DNA from: Tubulanus polymorphus
Lineage: Eukaryota; Animalia; Nemertea
DNA length: 64,000 nt
Reading direction: 5' to 3'
NCBI RefSeq assembly: GCF_964204645.1
Contig: NC_134028.1
Span: forward strand, 8,432,001 to 8,496,000
In this document: positions 1 to 12,687 of the stretch, one piece after another
Numbering within the stretch: position 1 is the stretch's first letter
Layout: each line of letters starts with the position of its first letter
Program-made: the position numbers and the translations under genes
The notes under the pieces: model-generated
Seen by the model: only the letters and a program-made list of their open reading frames with translations
What the model was told of the DNA's origin: nothing
Database searches by the model: none

Positions 1-72
1 GCAATAGGACACATCACCGTAGACCAGCCCTATCAGCATGGATAGGATCATGGCCTCCCTTGAAACACCCAT
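1..72 (-). CDS. 5' end (exon 1, partial) of a second glutathione peroxidase paralog; runs off the window
   Basis: ATG at 72-70 gives [24 protein letters not shown], nearly identical to the N-terminus of the GPx at 6808 ([24 protein letters not shown]). Bases 1-176 align by eye to about 6737-6912, including non-coding upstream sequence. Confidence 0.85.
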   Translation of the reverse strand, partial: MGVSREAMILSMLIGLVYGDVSYC

Positions 73-519
73 CACGACTAACTGAGCTTGCTCGTCCGAA
101 TGACGCTCTGCTGTTGACTTCTTCAATACGGTCACTGAAAAATAAAAATGAAGAGCCAGATGTTTGCGGCGGGGCGATTAATCTACGTTAACAGCTACCA
201 CTAGCTGAAAATACACCTCGTTAAATTTTTTATATTATACTGGAAATTAGTATGTAATTAATTTATAATTAGTACGTATATTGTGAATGTCAATTACTTC
301 TGTTAATTTACATTGCGTATGTTAGAACTATCGTGTGGCCGTCATGACGAGGCAAAACTCAGCAATGAGTCGCGATTAGCTCAAAAAGTTAAGATATCGA
401 AAACGTTGAAATTCATAGTTTAAATCCGAATTCATTTTCGTTTTTTTCACGAAATCTCAAGGAATGGCCCGAAATACAACATATCACAGTTTATATGGCA
501 GAAATGACGATGTGCGATG

Positions 520-720
520 ACTAGTCGACAGAATGATATAACCATTATCCCCGTATCCAACATAACCACCATCTTCCATCATCATCTTCCCCAGCATCAC
601 TATCACCACAATCATCTTCTCCAGCATCACCTTTTTCAGCATCACTATCACCTTCACAGCATCCCCATCACCTTCTTCAGTGCCACTATCACCTTCTCCA
701 ACATCTCCTCCATTTTCATG
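520..720. repeat. Low-complexity CAT/CAC/CTT-rich degenerate tandem repeat
   Basis: Reiterated catcaccttctcc / atcactatcacc units. These explain the spurious His-rich and Val/Met-rich ORFs on both strands. Confidence 0.7.
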
Positions 721-1043
721 ATACATGTATAGCAAAATATCACCGTGTTTTCGTTTTCTTTTTCCGCGACATTTTGGACCAAAGATGCGTAGGAAAAACA
801 AAACATAAACATATTCCATTGATCATATATAAGACATACCCCGAATAACCACACCAGAATTCATTATCTAACTGCATCAAATTTAAATCGATTAGACATA
901 CATCCATTTCGTACCAAATTTCAAATCAAATTATTCAATATAAACACATTTTTTGGTTAATACGCTAAACTATTACCGTTCAGATAATGATTTGAAATAT
1001 GTGTAAACGTACATTCAGTCTATATAGATTTTAACAGCACATC

Positions 1044-2039
1044 ATGTCTGGAAACCGAACGGATGTTATTTGCTATTATCCGAGGGGTTACAACTATGCA
1101 AACATTATGACCATGATTCGAGCCCTGTCGCATATGATCGGCATAGTCGCAAACGTGCTCGCTTTCTTCGTGCTCAGAGCTATGAAGCACCAGGGAAGCA
1201 GCGTATTTTATTTACTTATGTTAGCCATAGCTGATACAGTGAACTGTTCGACAGCAGTTATCGGTAGAGGTATAAATGGACTTTCTAATACAGACTTGTT
1301 CCGTTTTATAAAATACGCTCATTTTTATAAAATGTATCGTCTGCGCGCTTATCAGTCTGTTGACGCCGTATATCAAATGACTACAATAACAAGTTCCTGG
1401 ATACTCTTCGCGTTGAATATCGACCGATATATCGCAATTCGATTTCCACTCTCAGCGAAAAAAGTGTGCACAGTATATAATGCTCGAATTATTTCGAGTA
1501 TCATTTGGATTCTGACATTTATTTTTGATTTGCCAACTTCATGGGACACGGTTGGCACAATCGAACTTAATGATCCGTGTGCATTTACTAAACTAAAACC
1601 ATTACTACTAATGGACAAAAATTACGCAATTTTCTACGATTTCTTTTTTGGTAAGGTCATCTTACAGTTTATTCCTGGAATCGCTATTTCAATATGCAAT
1701 GTTCACATGTTCTGGATAGTAGAAAAAGCCCGACAGAACCGTCGAAAATTCGAACGAAAAAACCCACATATCGCAGCTACTTCAATGCAAATTACATCGA
1801 CAATAGTGACTTTAAACGTGGTTTACTGTTTCCAATACTCTACGGCTCTAGCAAATACATTGATACCACCATTGAATAGATTAACGGGTTGGAGGTTACA
1901 ACGAATTTACTACGAAGCACAATTGTTTCAGTCATTAAATTCGATGATGAATCTGTTTATCTATATGGGCATCCGTTCGGGATTTGCTGAAACACTTGTT
2001 TGGTGTTTGTCTTGTGGTTTTGTTGGCAGTCGGAGGTAG
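1044..2039 (+). CDS. Intronless class A (rhodopsin-like) GPCR, peptide-receptor (FMRFamide-receptor-like) type
   Basis: 331-aa ORF with seven hydrophobic segments, N-terminal glycosylation site (NRT), TM2 LAIAD, DRY motif (IDRYIAIRFPL), TM4 Trp, TM7 NLFIY (NPxxY variant) and C-terminal Cys. Confidence 0.88.
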   Translation: MSGNRTDVICYYPRGYNYANIMTMIRALSHMIGIVANVLAFFVLRAMKHQGSSVFYLLMLAIADTVNCSTAVIGRGINGLSNTDLFRFIKYAHFYKMYRLRAYQSVDAVYQMTTITSSWILFALNIDRYIAIRFPLSAKKVCTVYNARIISSIIWILTFIFDLPTSWDTVGTIELNDPCAFTKLKPLLLMDKNYAIFYDFFFGKVILQFIPGIAISICNVHMFWIVEKARQNRRKFERKNPHIAATSMQITSTIVTLNVVYCFQYSTALANTLIPPLNRLTGWRLQRIYYEAQLFQSLNSMMNLFIYMGIRSGFAETLVWCLSCGFVGSRR

Positions 2040-3984
2040 ACTATCAATTTCAAACTATCTATTCGAGTGAACTTGCACCTTACTCAAATTAGGTATGAAT
2101 CGAATTTAGTCTTCCGACATTAAGTCTTCGTACGTATAGTGCTATCCAATAGGGAAGTATAGTTTCCAGTTACCAGGCGCCATGTTCAGGCCAATGACAC
2201 AAAATTACCAATTTTTCTAGGCGCTTTCCTAAACGCTTTGTATCTTTTTTAAACTGTAGCTGTGTCCGATTGCTGCAGCCGAGAGAAATGATATAAACAC
2301 CATCAGAAAATTAGAAATTACCACTTTTCTAACCTCGGTCCAACAATGCGGGACCTGTGGGACCGCCTATGGTAACTGAAAACTTCCATATTAGTCTTAC
2401 GGGTGGGTGAGCAACACAATTCACTTAAGAAGTAGAATTGTCGCATCGTGGTTCATGAGCTTTCGATAAAAACAACAAAGCGCAGCTGGCTATAGTACAT
2501 ATTTTACATTCAGTTTGGTTCCTTCTGGGCAAAATGGACAATAAACAAGCTAAAAAGGATTGCAGCTAAAGAAACAGTTCTTTATTGCACTCACAATCAG
2601 TGGCCAGTTGCTCAAAGGTTGGTTAGAGCTAACCAGTGGCTAGAAGGCATACCCGGTAGTGATAATTGAAAGATCATTGTTATTACTACAATATTTATCT
2701 TTAACAAACTTGTGAGAAAACTGGCCCCAAACTAAATTTTGTTTTCTATTCGAAGTTTTTGATAAGATTATCATTATCACCATAATTATTATTAAGTTTT
2801 TTTGAAATATAGAATAAGAATCCCCCCACTAAAAGAATTGTCATCACATTGTATTTCGGAAATGTAAAAACCCTGTGCGATTTTTCATATCAGAATCTAT
2901 ATACGCTGCGCATCAATGATTCAAATTTCGCGTGAAAAAAAAGAAACTGCTGAGCTCCCTAGGTAACAAATACATTTAATCCAAAACGAAGATTCAAAAA
3001 TACCGTTGATACCGAGGTCTCAAATAATTGCTAGAATTTTCCGGCCCAAGACTGTGCGCGTTTGTCTTTACCAACCATGTAAGACAAAATTAGACGGGCA
3101 AACTATTCTTTACATTTCACGTGAAAAAAGAAACTGCTGTTCTTCTTAATGCGACGTTCATACGTTTGATAATCCACCTATACTGATTCAAAGAAATCCT
3201 TAGATATGCCAATGCAATACATTATTTGGTTGCAAATAATGATGGCATAATCATGCGTCTATAGTAACGCAAACAGCCTCGTAAATACACACTGGACCAC
3301 AAATTGTCTTTTTTGCCTTCCCTGGGACGGAGTCTGCAGTTTGCTTTTACACACCCTATATCTCACTGCCAAGCAGGGGTGCAAATCTGCCACCAATCTC
3401 AACTTGGAATGCAGCAAGGATTGGGGGATTGCTTATTTTCTGCAGGTTGAATCTGATTCGGTTACCATTTTTTGCTGATAGCTGCTTCGGAAGTATGGTC
3501 ACTGAGTTCAAGGTCATGGGGAATGTTCTTGTTTTGGCAAGGACATGAATCTTTTTTCGCTAGTAGAATGTGGCCAATCATGTTGTGTGTTTTACCATCT
3601 GCTGAGTGCCATGCAGCCTTCCTGCTCAGTTTTCGTGGTTGGAAGGCATAAATTTTCAGTCTTAGTAAAATGTCGTATATAGAACTTATCGTATCGGGCC
3701 CAGTCAGATTTCGTTAGAATATGTCAAGGAAATATGAAAAGCATTACTGCGAGATTGTAAGGAGCTTGAATGTACTGAATTCCAGACAAGAAAATAACGC
3801 AACAATTAATTGTATGACTTTATTTCTCTGTTCGACGTCTGGAACATATTAGAGTTGATAACATCGACGTTTGATTAATTTAAAGATCGAAGAAAACAAC
3901 GCCTTGTGAATTAACACGCAGGACGCATGGCCGTTTGTGAAACGTAAATTCTGTGAACCAATGCACTAAAATTCGCAGAATTCT

Positions 3985-4042
3985 GTTCCATAATCAGAAT
4001 AAAGTCTCGCTATGTTTTGACAATATTCGTCACAAATAAACG
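3985..4042 (-). promoter_or_regulatory. SECIS element (GUGA-type core) in the GPx 3' UTR
   Basis: Minus strand reads GTGAC-GAATATTGTC-AAAACATAGCGA-GACTTTATTC-TGAT: a UGA/GA non-Watson-Crick quartet, a 10-position helix II (8 WC pairs, 2 U.U) and unpaired AAA in the apical loop 11 nt after UGA. A minus-strand AATAAA follows at 3824-3819. Confidence 0.8.
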
Positions 4043-4611
4043 TCCAAAATGTTTCGTGAATATTTCACTATCGTCAGAATTCTTCTATCTTATATCAATC
4101 AAACGAAATGGTTGTTATTATAACGCAACACTTACGAGAATCGTATTATTTACTGAAATAGCATATGCAAATTCCAATATTTGCTGGAACTAGTTTTTCT
4201 TAGGTGAAAAAACCTAAGTCTGGTTAGGGAAAAGATTAATCGAAACTTATCAAAGTGATTTTTATATACAATGACATGTACCAACAATGACAATAACATT
4301 CAACTATCAGTGCACCTGACCTTTTTCCGGGAGGAAGGTGACATTGACGATGTCATTCAAATGAGCTACAAAAATATGTCGGTAACAGATGCTGAATTCT
4401 TATCGAACCTTAGCAATCACGAATACCTGTTGCAACGGACATTTTCCTGTCAAAAAAAACCCGCCAATAGCAATTACTTGCATATGACGAGAGGGCGTAT
4501 AACATCTGACGCAACAAAATGTCGAAACAACGATGTCCTGTAAAATTCAAAGATGATTAAACTATGATTCTTCACACTGCGATTACAAGGGGTATCCGCA
4601 ATCCATGACAC

Positions 4612-4652
4612 CATGGACGTATAAACTAGATAATCTAGTTTATACTTCCATG
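4612..4652. mobile_element. 41-bp palindromic micro-insertion with CATG termini and 7-bp TSD
   Basis: ATGACAC|catggacgtataaactagataatctagtttatacttccatg|ATGACAC. A related copy lies at 11348-11386. Confidence 0.75.
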
Positions 4653-4943
4653 ATGACACGCCTAGAACATACCCGCCGCTGCAAAAGACAGTACGAGGCA
4701 AGGACCTTTATTTGCGAGTTCACTTCTTGGTCCGGTTCTACGCCCCTCCCACCACATCGATAGAGGGACGAGAAAAGCATAAAACTTATCATTATTTGGG
4801 AAAAACTAGCGAAAAAAATGCGTCGTGATTTACAGGTTAGCGTCTGCAGCACGATCTATTTTCTGATTTGATAATTTTGAAATTTGCATATGCTTATTCT
4901 ATGAGGTATATATTATATATGATTACCCAATTCCAGAATATTT

Positions 4944-6808
4944 TTAATAGTTGTATCTATCTTTCGGATAAGCAATTCTTTTCAGCTCGGTTATAAATTC
5001 TCGCGAATCCGGGGCGATCATCGGATTCACCCTGGCGATTGGTTTCCCGTTTTTATCGATAAGAAACTTCTCGAAATTCCAAGTGATGTCGCTTGTCTTG
5101 ATTGGCTGCCAAAACAACTCTTTCGGGTTACCGATCAAATCTCTTGGAGCGGGACAAAGCTCCTGCAAATTCAGATATACTTATTTGGTAAATGATTAGT
5201 AGCAGTGTTTTCAAAAAGACATTTTTCAAAATTGATATCTTCAAATTCCATATAGAATTTGTCTTTGGCTATTTTGCGAAATCCGGCGATGCGACAGAAA
5301 AGGCGAAAGCATATTTCGGGTCCTAGACTTTAAACTCCCTCTTTACATCGGCATGGGACACAACTAGGTTAGAGTTTTCAAGATCCCAAGAATTGAACTG
5401 TACATAATGGTAAATAGGTCCCCCAGAGTTCTACAAATAGGACAGATTACCGTTAACCCTTGAGAGATAGATTGGCGATAAAATGGGGGGATCCCCTGCA
5501 TTGATTTTGTCTGGATTGAGGATACCAATCACAGTGGGAGATTCCTATAAACATAGTTACAGTGCAGTTTCAATTGTCATTATAGTAGTCATCCGAGGTA
5601 TATCAACATCGGAAGTATCACAGCTTTAGATAATCAATATATTCGTAAAACGCACGCAACGTCGTTCATTTCTACAGGTCTACATTTTAGAACTTACCTG
5701 CGGCAGCAGATACCTAACTAATAAATGTAATTCGACAAATTCAATCGTACATTGTTAAACTGGAATTAACTTAGTTGATGATAATGACTGAAAATAATTG
5801 AATAAGTATCCATGATTCTTGCAACTACAAACCTTTTCAATCCAAAAAAAGAACATAATATAAATCGTCCGACGATTTTTGTTTCATAAAATATCTAGCA
5901 CCTCACCTTCAGATATGTAAAAAGCGCCTGCTCGTTCGGTCCGTTGACTTCAACTTTACCGGAAAATTGAATGTTTCTATCCAGTTTAAAGTTGTGACCG
6001 GGTCGAACGTGTTTGATACCGTTAAACAACTCATAAGCATCAGCTGCCGGTTCCTGGTGTCCAAACTGGTCACACGGAACTCCCAAAACTTGTACATCAT
6101 CGAATTCAGGAAGAAGTGCATTGAAACCCTCGTAACTACGAACAGTCAGACCTGAATGTTATAAAAAATATCACAAATATATAACCATGGTACTATAGCG
6201 ATTATCTATTTTTCGCCTACATTTTAATATCTAGATAGAATTTCGTTATGTTTTGATCCTGAGACTTCTCTTGAGACTTCTTTGAAAGTATAGAATGGGT
6301 TCAATTTAAAAAGGCCCATGTGGACTCGATTCCATTGCCCCCAGGGCCAGTTTTGAGTCGAATCCAAAAAAGCCGCGATTACACGAGTGTTTTTGGCCCG
6401 TGCCAAATTTTTCCCGGAACAACTGTTCACACGGGTGCCAAAAACCGGAAATGACCAACTTCGCTTTGTTAAAACATTGTTTAGTATCAAGTGAGCTTTG
6501 TGTGTGAGCGCGCTCTCTGATTAGCGATCCGTGCCAATTTGGCCCAGGCCAAATCGTCTCCGTGTGATCGCGGCTTAAAAACTGCAGTAAGTTCGGAATC
6601 GGACTTTCTTACCTCAGAAGGTCGCTACATTCGTAATTATCAGTGGCTTTCCTTCGAATACGCGTAAAGATATTTCTTCTTTTGGATTATTCAAATTCGG
6701 AAGCGAAAATTGGTAAACATTATCGGGTGAATAATCGCAATAGGATATTTCACCGTAGACCAGCCCTATCAGCATCGATACGAGCACGGCCTCCCTTGAG
6801 ACACCCAT
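4944..6808 (-). CDS. Selenocysteine-containing secreted glutathione peroxidase (GPx3-like), 3 exons
   Basis: Exons 6808-6613, 6151-5907 and 5162-4944 with GT-AG introns in matching phase. Signal peptide; NVATF-UGA-GLT (Sec codon at 6616-6614); [13 protein letters not shown]; [12 protein letters not shown]. These are canonical GPx motifs. Confidence 0.93.
6369..6578. mobile_element. MITE with AAGCCGCGAT(C/T)ACACG terminal inverted repeats, in GPx intron 1
   Basis: aagccgcgattacacg ... cgtgtgatcgcggctt. Related sequence at about 33045-33300. Confidence 0.55.
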
Positions 6809-8489
6809 CGCTTTTGAGTCTATTCGTCCGATTGACTAACTCTGTCGTTGACTTCTACCTCAATATGGTCACTAAAATAAAAATGAGGAGCCAGATGTTT
6901 CCGGCGGGGCGAGTGACATATGAAAATGAATGTAGGAAAAAATGCCACCGGTAAAAATGCCACCAGATGATATGACAGTTAGGAAAAAATGCCCCCGTTG
7001 TTTTTTCAACCGTTTGAACGAAGTACGATCATAAAATGCTACGGTTTATTTTCACATTTCTTCTATCCAGATCATTTACACGTCCGAAGTATCATTAATT
7101 AACTACTATGAACATTATCTAAACTAGGGATAGGCTAATAATTTTCGTATGTAATAAAACAAACATAACCAAATAAAACAGTTACAAACTAAACACATTT
7201 AAAGAAAACCAAACTAGGGGTGCTAAAATACAATGGTGCATATAAGTTAGAAATTAGATAGAAATATATCCCTAATAAGATGATTGATACATATTGCAGC
7301 GTAGTTAAATTTATGTATTAAAATGACTTTATTTTTTCCTGGTGGCATTTGCCTGCTGTGCAAAAAACATTTTTTTCCTGTGGTGCAAATGTTGGTGGTT
7401 TTATTTTCGTATACCTACGTCTCCTCCCCCAGCAGGGATACATGCACAGGTTAGGTGATGTCATATTTGCCAATCAGAAATCCCGTTTCATTTTAGCCTG
7501 GGTTTTTTAATCTTGTTAATTGAATTTATTTTGCATTTCAAAATTACATTAAAAATTGACAGAAAATTTATCATTGAAAATTTCATAGTTTATCGATGAA
7601 ATTTGCCTCAGCGATTAAACAACAGGCAAGCTGATTGGTGCCGCAATTTTCTTGCGGCAAACTGCGCATGCACCAGCGCACTCGATCTAGTGTGGCAGGT
7701 TTGGTTCCGTGGCCGAGTCTAGCCATGGAGTCTAAAACGAGTCCATGGTCTAACGATGCCGTTAGGTTTCAACTCATTTTAACTTGTAATAAATTTGACC
7801 TTAATCTTATTATTCTATTCAAATTTCATAATATATGTAGGCTAATTGATACAGCAAGATACGAATAAATTGAATACATAAATACGAATAAATTGACCTT
7901 AATTTGCACTTGATACAACTGATGGGGGATTTAAATTACGAATCCCTGCGTACGTATAAAAAGCAGCAATCAACAAACGAGTTTCAATGACATTTTAGAT
8001 AGATTATTCTAAAAGGCTCTGCTTACAACTTTAGACGCCGCATTCTTTTAGTGGGTTATTTTTAAAGGTTGATCGTGTCACATCAAGGCTACCTGCTTTT
8101 AAATAAATATATTTCAATTTCAACTGGTTTGATGTGAACAAAGTTGTCGACGAAGATTATGATTTTCAGAGGCCGTAACAAAATCAATATATCCCGATTT
8201 CCCACTTCGTACTATATACACCATGTAATTAAGCTTACTCACATAAAATGAAAATCTCAGGTATGCCAATAAACAAGTTTGAAACGGTTGAATTTGAATT
8301 CAGATCGAAAGCACGTGACCATTAGAAACAAAATAAAATATTTGAGATGAAAGGATGCTTTGAAAGGTCACGCACCGAGTAGCCATAGCTACGCGATTGG
8401 CGACACGAAAACGTCGTGACTTCGATCAGATAGCGTTCTGACACCTGCACGATTCCTTCGCAACATACACGGTTCTGTACAATCACAAT

Positions 8490-11400
8490 ATGGAGAGTTT
8501 ATTAGGCAAACAAGTCGTGGCCAAAGCCGGTGAAAAGGTACCCGTATCTACACTGATCGGCAAAGGAAAATATGTAGGCAAGTGAAAATATTTTTTGTCG
8601 TATTTTGACCATTTGTACAATTTTTCTTTCAAGAGAAACCGAATTTGATACGTAGGTTGTTATACATCGGATCATATAAATCAGTTGTTTTACTGATATA
8701 CCAGCGCGCTGATACATGCATAATTGAATATTATCAGATAAATGAATGAATCAACGAGAATTAGAAATGTGAATATGCGATTAGTGAATACTGTAGGCGT
8801 TCAGGGTAGTTCACCGTCACCTATGTATACCGACCGGTATACGAATGATGAAAATAATGCATTTATGCATTATTTATGCATTATTTTGACCATTCTAGAT
8901 TAAAACGATTTACTTCGGCTAGTTCCTATCAAAACAAAAATAGAGCGAAATGCCATAATAGTACCATATGCCCGATAGTTTGAAGGTTTCATATATTGAT
9001 TGACCGTTATCGAGAAAAAAAGGACAAAATGCTGAAGTTCAGAATATTATCTATTTGATAATTTGAAGGTTTCAAATATATTGATATATGTAGTTATGGG
9101 TTTTGCACAGCTGTATTCAGTTGTGTTTGTTATGTATTTGCTTATCTCTTGTACCGATCCGGAAATATTTCTGTGAATATGTATGATTCTATAGCCATTA
9201 ATCTCAGCAACAGCTGGGCGATTCCAGTAGCCGTCTGTATTTTGCTAAATCGTCAATTTGAAATGTATGAGATTAACTCTCCCCGCGCAACAGGTTTAAC
9301 GCTACGTGTACATACCAAAATATCTCGTCTCTTCGGAAATGCCGTTGGGAATTTGTTTTTAAATATTTTTGCGACCTGCGTTCTGATTCTTATAGCAATC
9401 ACGAAGAATGACGAATGGAGATCTTATGAATTTGTATATTTGAAATTTTGATATATGTATACATTTTTTTCAAATATTTTCGTGCTTAAAAAACGTAACA
9501 TATTTGTTTTCAAGAGGATCTATTTCCGTTGTTTGCATTTGTTTAATTACTTATTCAGACTTTACCTTTCGACCTTTCTAGTTAAGTAGTAGGTCTACCA
9601 TAGCGAAAAACGTGGTGGAATATCAACATTTTTGATTCCAAAAATTAAGTACATTTTAATCAAGACCAGCCAACGCTTCAGTCTTCAGTTATTTCAGTTT
9701 GATTTCAGTTCGGTTTTTCGAGATTTTCTTCTTGCCAGGGGAAGATCTAGGCCGGGGTCTAGAAGAAAAAGAAAGGGATTTTTCAGACAAAGCAGCCATC
9801 TCATTTGCTACTACTTTTGTGGTAGATACTTTTTAAGAAATGTATCTGAAAATATATGCAAGTTACGAAAGGATGAGCATCAAATTAGCAAGTTTTAACG
9901 ATCTTTGAATTGACGAAAAGGGCAACTTCAATGGGAAGGCACTGGTCCCGACGCCCAGACCACCCCCTAAATCCGCCCCTGCACAGCGAACTCCTTTTAA
10001 CTATCTCAGACCCCTCAATCAAATATTATGAAAATTATGATTTTTTTTCTAATTGTATCATGTTATTGAAACGGACGTGTCTCTTGTTTATTGAAGGTTT
10101 ATATTTTTCGGCTCACTGGTGTCCTCCGTGTCGGATGTTCACGCCCAAACTAATCGCCTGGTACAAGTCGATGAAAAAGAAGAACGTCGATATAGAAATC
10201 GTGTTCGTCAGCTCTGATCGGGATGAAGAATCGTGGCGGGAATATTATGAAGAAATGCCGTGGTTGTCGTTGCCTTTTGAACTCAGAGATCTAAAGGTTA
10301 TACTTTGTGATTGATTGATTTTATTATGTGTATACATATGTAGGCTTTATTTCAGTTTCCTATTTCACATAACTTAGGTCTGCGCATTGCGACGCAAGGC
10401 CGACAACCAGTTTAACACTATCTACATAGGTACGGTTTTACTGTCAGTAAAACTCAATTTTTTTAAAATGAAATCCCCCCCAACACACACACTATCTATT
10501 GCGTGAGGAGGTTTCAATAAAGAGTTCAGACCATTAGTCCAAAACCTTCAATATCATACAGTAAAAACAAGAAATTCAAACGTTTAGTTCAAATATAAGG
10601 GCGTAAATTCAGGGGAAATCCTGCTTATGGCTCTTAAGCCAGCATCAAGCCACGCATCGAAGTGGTTTTCGCCCCACATACCCAACCTAATTTTTTGGAA
10701 TAATCAAACCTTTAGAAAGGATCCCCCACCGTGTTTGGTACCCTTACTCCACCGTGTTTGGTACCCTTACTCAAAGCAAAAAAGTCCAGAGAATCCCTTA
10801 TTTTATCATCAATCTGTCTCTCAGGACCAACGGATTTCATTCATATAACCGAAATTCGTAACCTTTATCCCATTTGCAGAATTATTGCAACATTTTCTGG
10901 GGGACCTCTTCTTCGCTCTAGGTACTTTTTTTGAATTTTTGGGTCCGGCCCTACGCATCTTCAAGCTACTAACCTAATTGTGGACTGATGCCATAAGATT
11001 TGACGCTTATGATATTCATTGTGTTTATCAATATGTCGCCTAGCAACTTGCACCCAAACAGTGTGAGGGTGTTAAATTGTTAATTGGTAATGCGTACGGA
11101 AAAGTGTGACAAAAGAATGATTATCACTGACTCCAGTGCGACAGCAGTCGCGGCCACGCACTTAATATCAGTAGAAATATAGCCATGTTGTCACTTTCGT
11201 TTTAGCATTCGTTCGGCTTGTAAAAATGAATTCGTATTCTTTCCTAAAACTGGTTAAAATGCACCTTGACAGTTTGAATGGCGCGCAGTGCATTACGAAG
11301 CCAGTGTAAAACTGCAATGGAGTTGTCTCTAGTGACGTAGCTACAACCATGGACGTATAAACTAGATTATAGTTTATACGTCCATGCTACAACTTAATAA

Positions 11401-11992
11401 TATTCCCACGATTTCATCATTTCTATCGATGATAACAGAGACTAGTTCCAGAACAGTTCCTTGTGTGACATGAATGTTGAGGCTTTAAGAAGTCCAGTCC
11501 CGCGTTCACGTCATTTGTGATGATCGCGATCTTTGAAATTTCTATTCAATATCTTACGAATGATGAAGCCATTGATGGGCCGCAAGACATGCATTTAGTA
11601 ATCAAAAATTGGACTGGTTATCAATCTTTCAAAATGGCGCTATCTAAAGTTTATCATGCGATGTTATCCAAATTTGACAGTTATCCTATCAATGTATGGA
11701 TCAAATCGTTCGTATAAAATGTGGAAAAAAACATGGTCGTTAGATATTGTGTAAAGAATGAGTTTTGAGAAAGCCCAATCTACAAGCCCATTTTGCTACC
11801 CATTGTTTTGTCCTAACCCTAATGTATTTTGAGTTCTGGGTGTTTCAGGCTGAACTATGCACTAAATTCGATGTGAATGGTATACCTACATTCGTCATTT
11901 TGAACGCGGAAGACGGCGTAGTTTTTGCCAGAGATGGAAGAGGCAAAGTCACGTCTAGCGAAGGTCTCAATTTCCCAAATTGGTCCACTTGA
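8490..11992 (+). CDS. Single-domain nucleoredoxin/tryparedoxin-like thioredoxin (WCPPC), 3 exons
   Basis: Exons 8490-8577, 10097-10296 and 11849-11992. Protein [48 protein letters not shown]...EIVFVSSDRDEESW..YYEEMPWLSLPF...FDVNGIPTFVIL. Intron 1 starts with GC (G|GCAAGT). Confidence 0.9.
11348..11386. mobile_element. 39-bp palindromic micro-insertion with CATG termini and 7-bp TSD
   Basis: CTACAAC|catggacgtataaactagattatagtttatacgtccatg|CTACAAC. Confidence 0.75.
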
Positions 11993-12490
11993 TGTAGATG
12001 TCGGTTCCGGCAGAATTAACAGATACGTAATATAGGTATTATAGGTACGGCTATACACTAGATATTTTTCCGTACTATGAAGTAAATACATCAGCGGACT
12101 ATGATAGATAATCTAAAGACTAGATATTTGAATGAATAGGTCTCGATGTGACAACTAGATGGAGACAATGATTTTGGTTGTAAGGCTGTTATGATTTCTA
12201 AATTGATTCAATAATGTCACAAATGATGTATAAAATCTATATACGCGTTAAATGTATTGCTGCGTATATATTCATTTATACAGAAATGAGAAATGCTATA
12301 AGATTATTGTGTACATGTATATGTAAATTGTACTTGTGTCTATGTTGAAATAAATAAATCACGAGGCCATGGCTGATAAACACACGAAATTTGTTGGATC
12401 GATTAAAATATGACCGATGAGCCCTTTTTTCTCAATTTTTTTTTCAAAATGAATAATTATAATTCCTTTCAAAAATATCAGTTTCCAATA

Positions 12491-12687
12491 AGGCTGAAAA
12501 ATGATACCTTGATTCTCCTTACCGGTCGGTTAATCGCAATGAAATTTGTAATCAGTTCATTTCTACGGCTGCCGGGTCTGTTCTGGTTAGCTTAGAAAAA
12601 TAGTGTATATGGTAGAAAGACGGCCAGCCGTGCCAACTTTTTAAGCCCAGCAGAAAGGAGAAACAAGGTATTAATTTCGCTTTGCCT
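12491..12687. mobile_element. ~200-bp dispersed MITE family (AGGCTAAAA...TTTTAGCCT ends); other copies at about 23837-24049, 52328-52525, 52693-52893 and 62843-63105, partials at 28020 and 39130
   Basis: Shared internal blocks ttgtttctccta(a)tcggccgggtc, gctgccgggtctgttatggttagctt and cagcagaaaggagaaacaaggtatcaatt, seen in both orientations. Confidence 0.75.

Noticed and set aside
484-854. His-rich and Val/Met-rich ORFs on both strands
   Set aside because: Products of a degenerate triplet-like simple repeat; no domain or splice support.
4040-4430. Other SECIS-like candidates in the GPx UTR (minus-strand CTGAC...GGAC at about 4077-4042, ATGAC at about 4356, GTGAT at about 4420)
   Set aside because: Each lacks the RUGA start, the correct spacing to the AA motif, or the 3' GA of the quartet.
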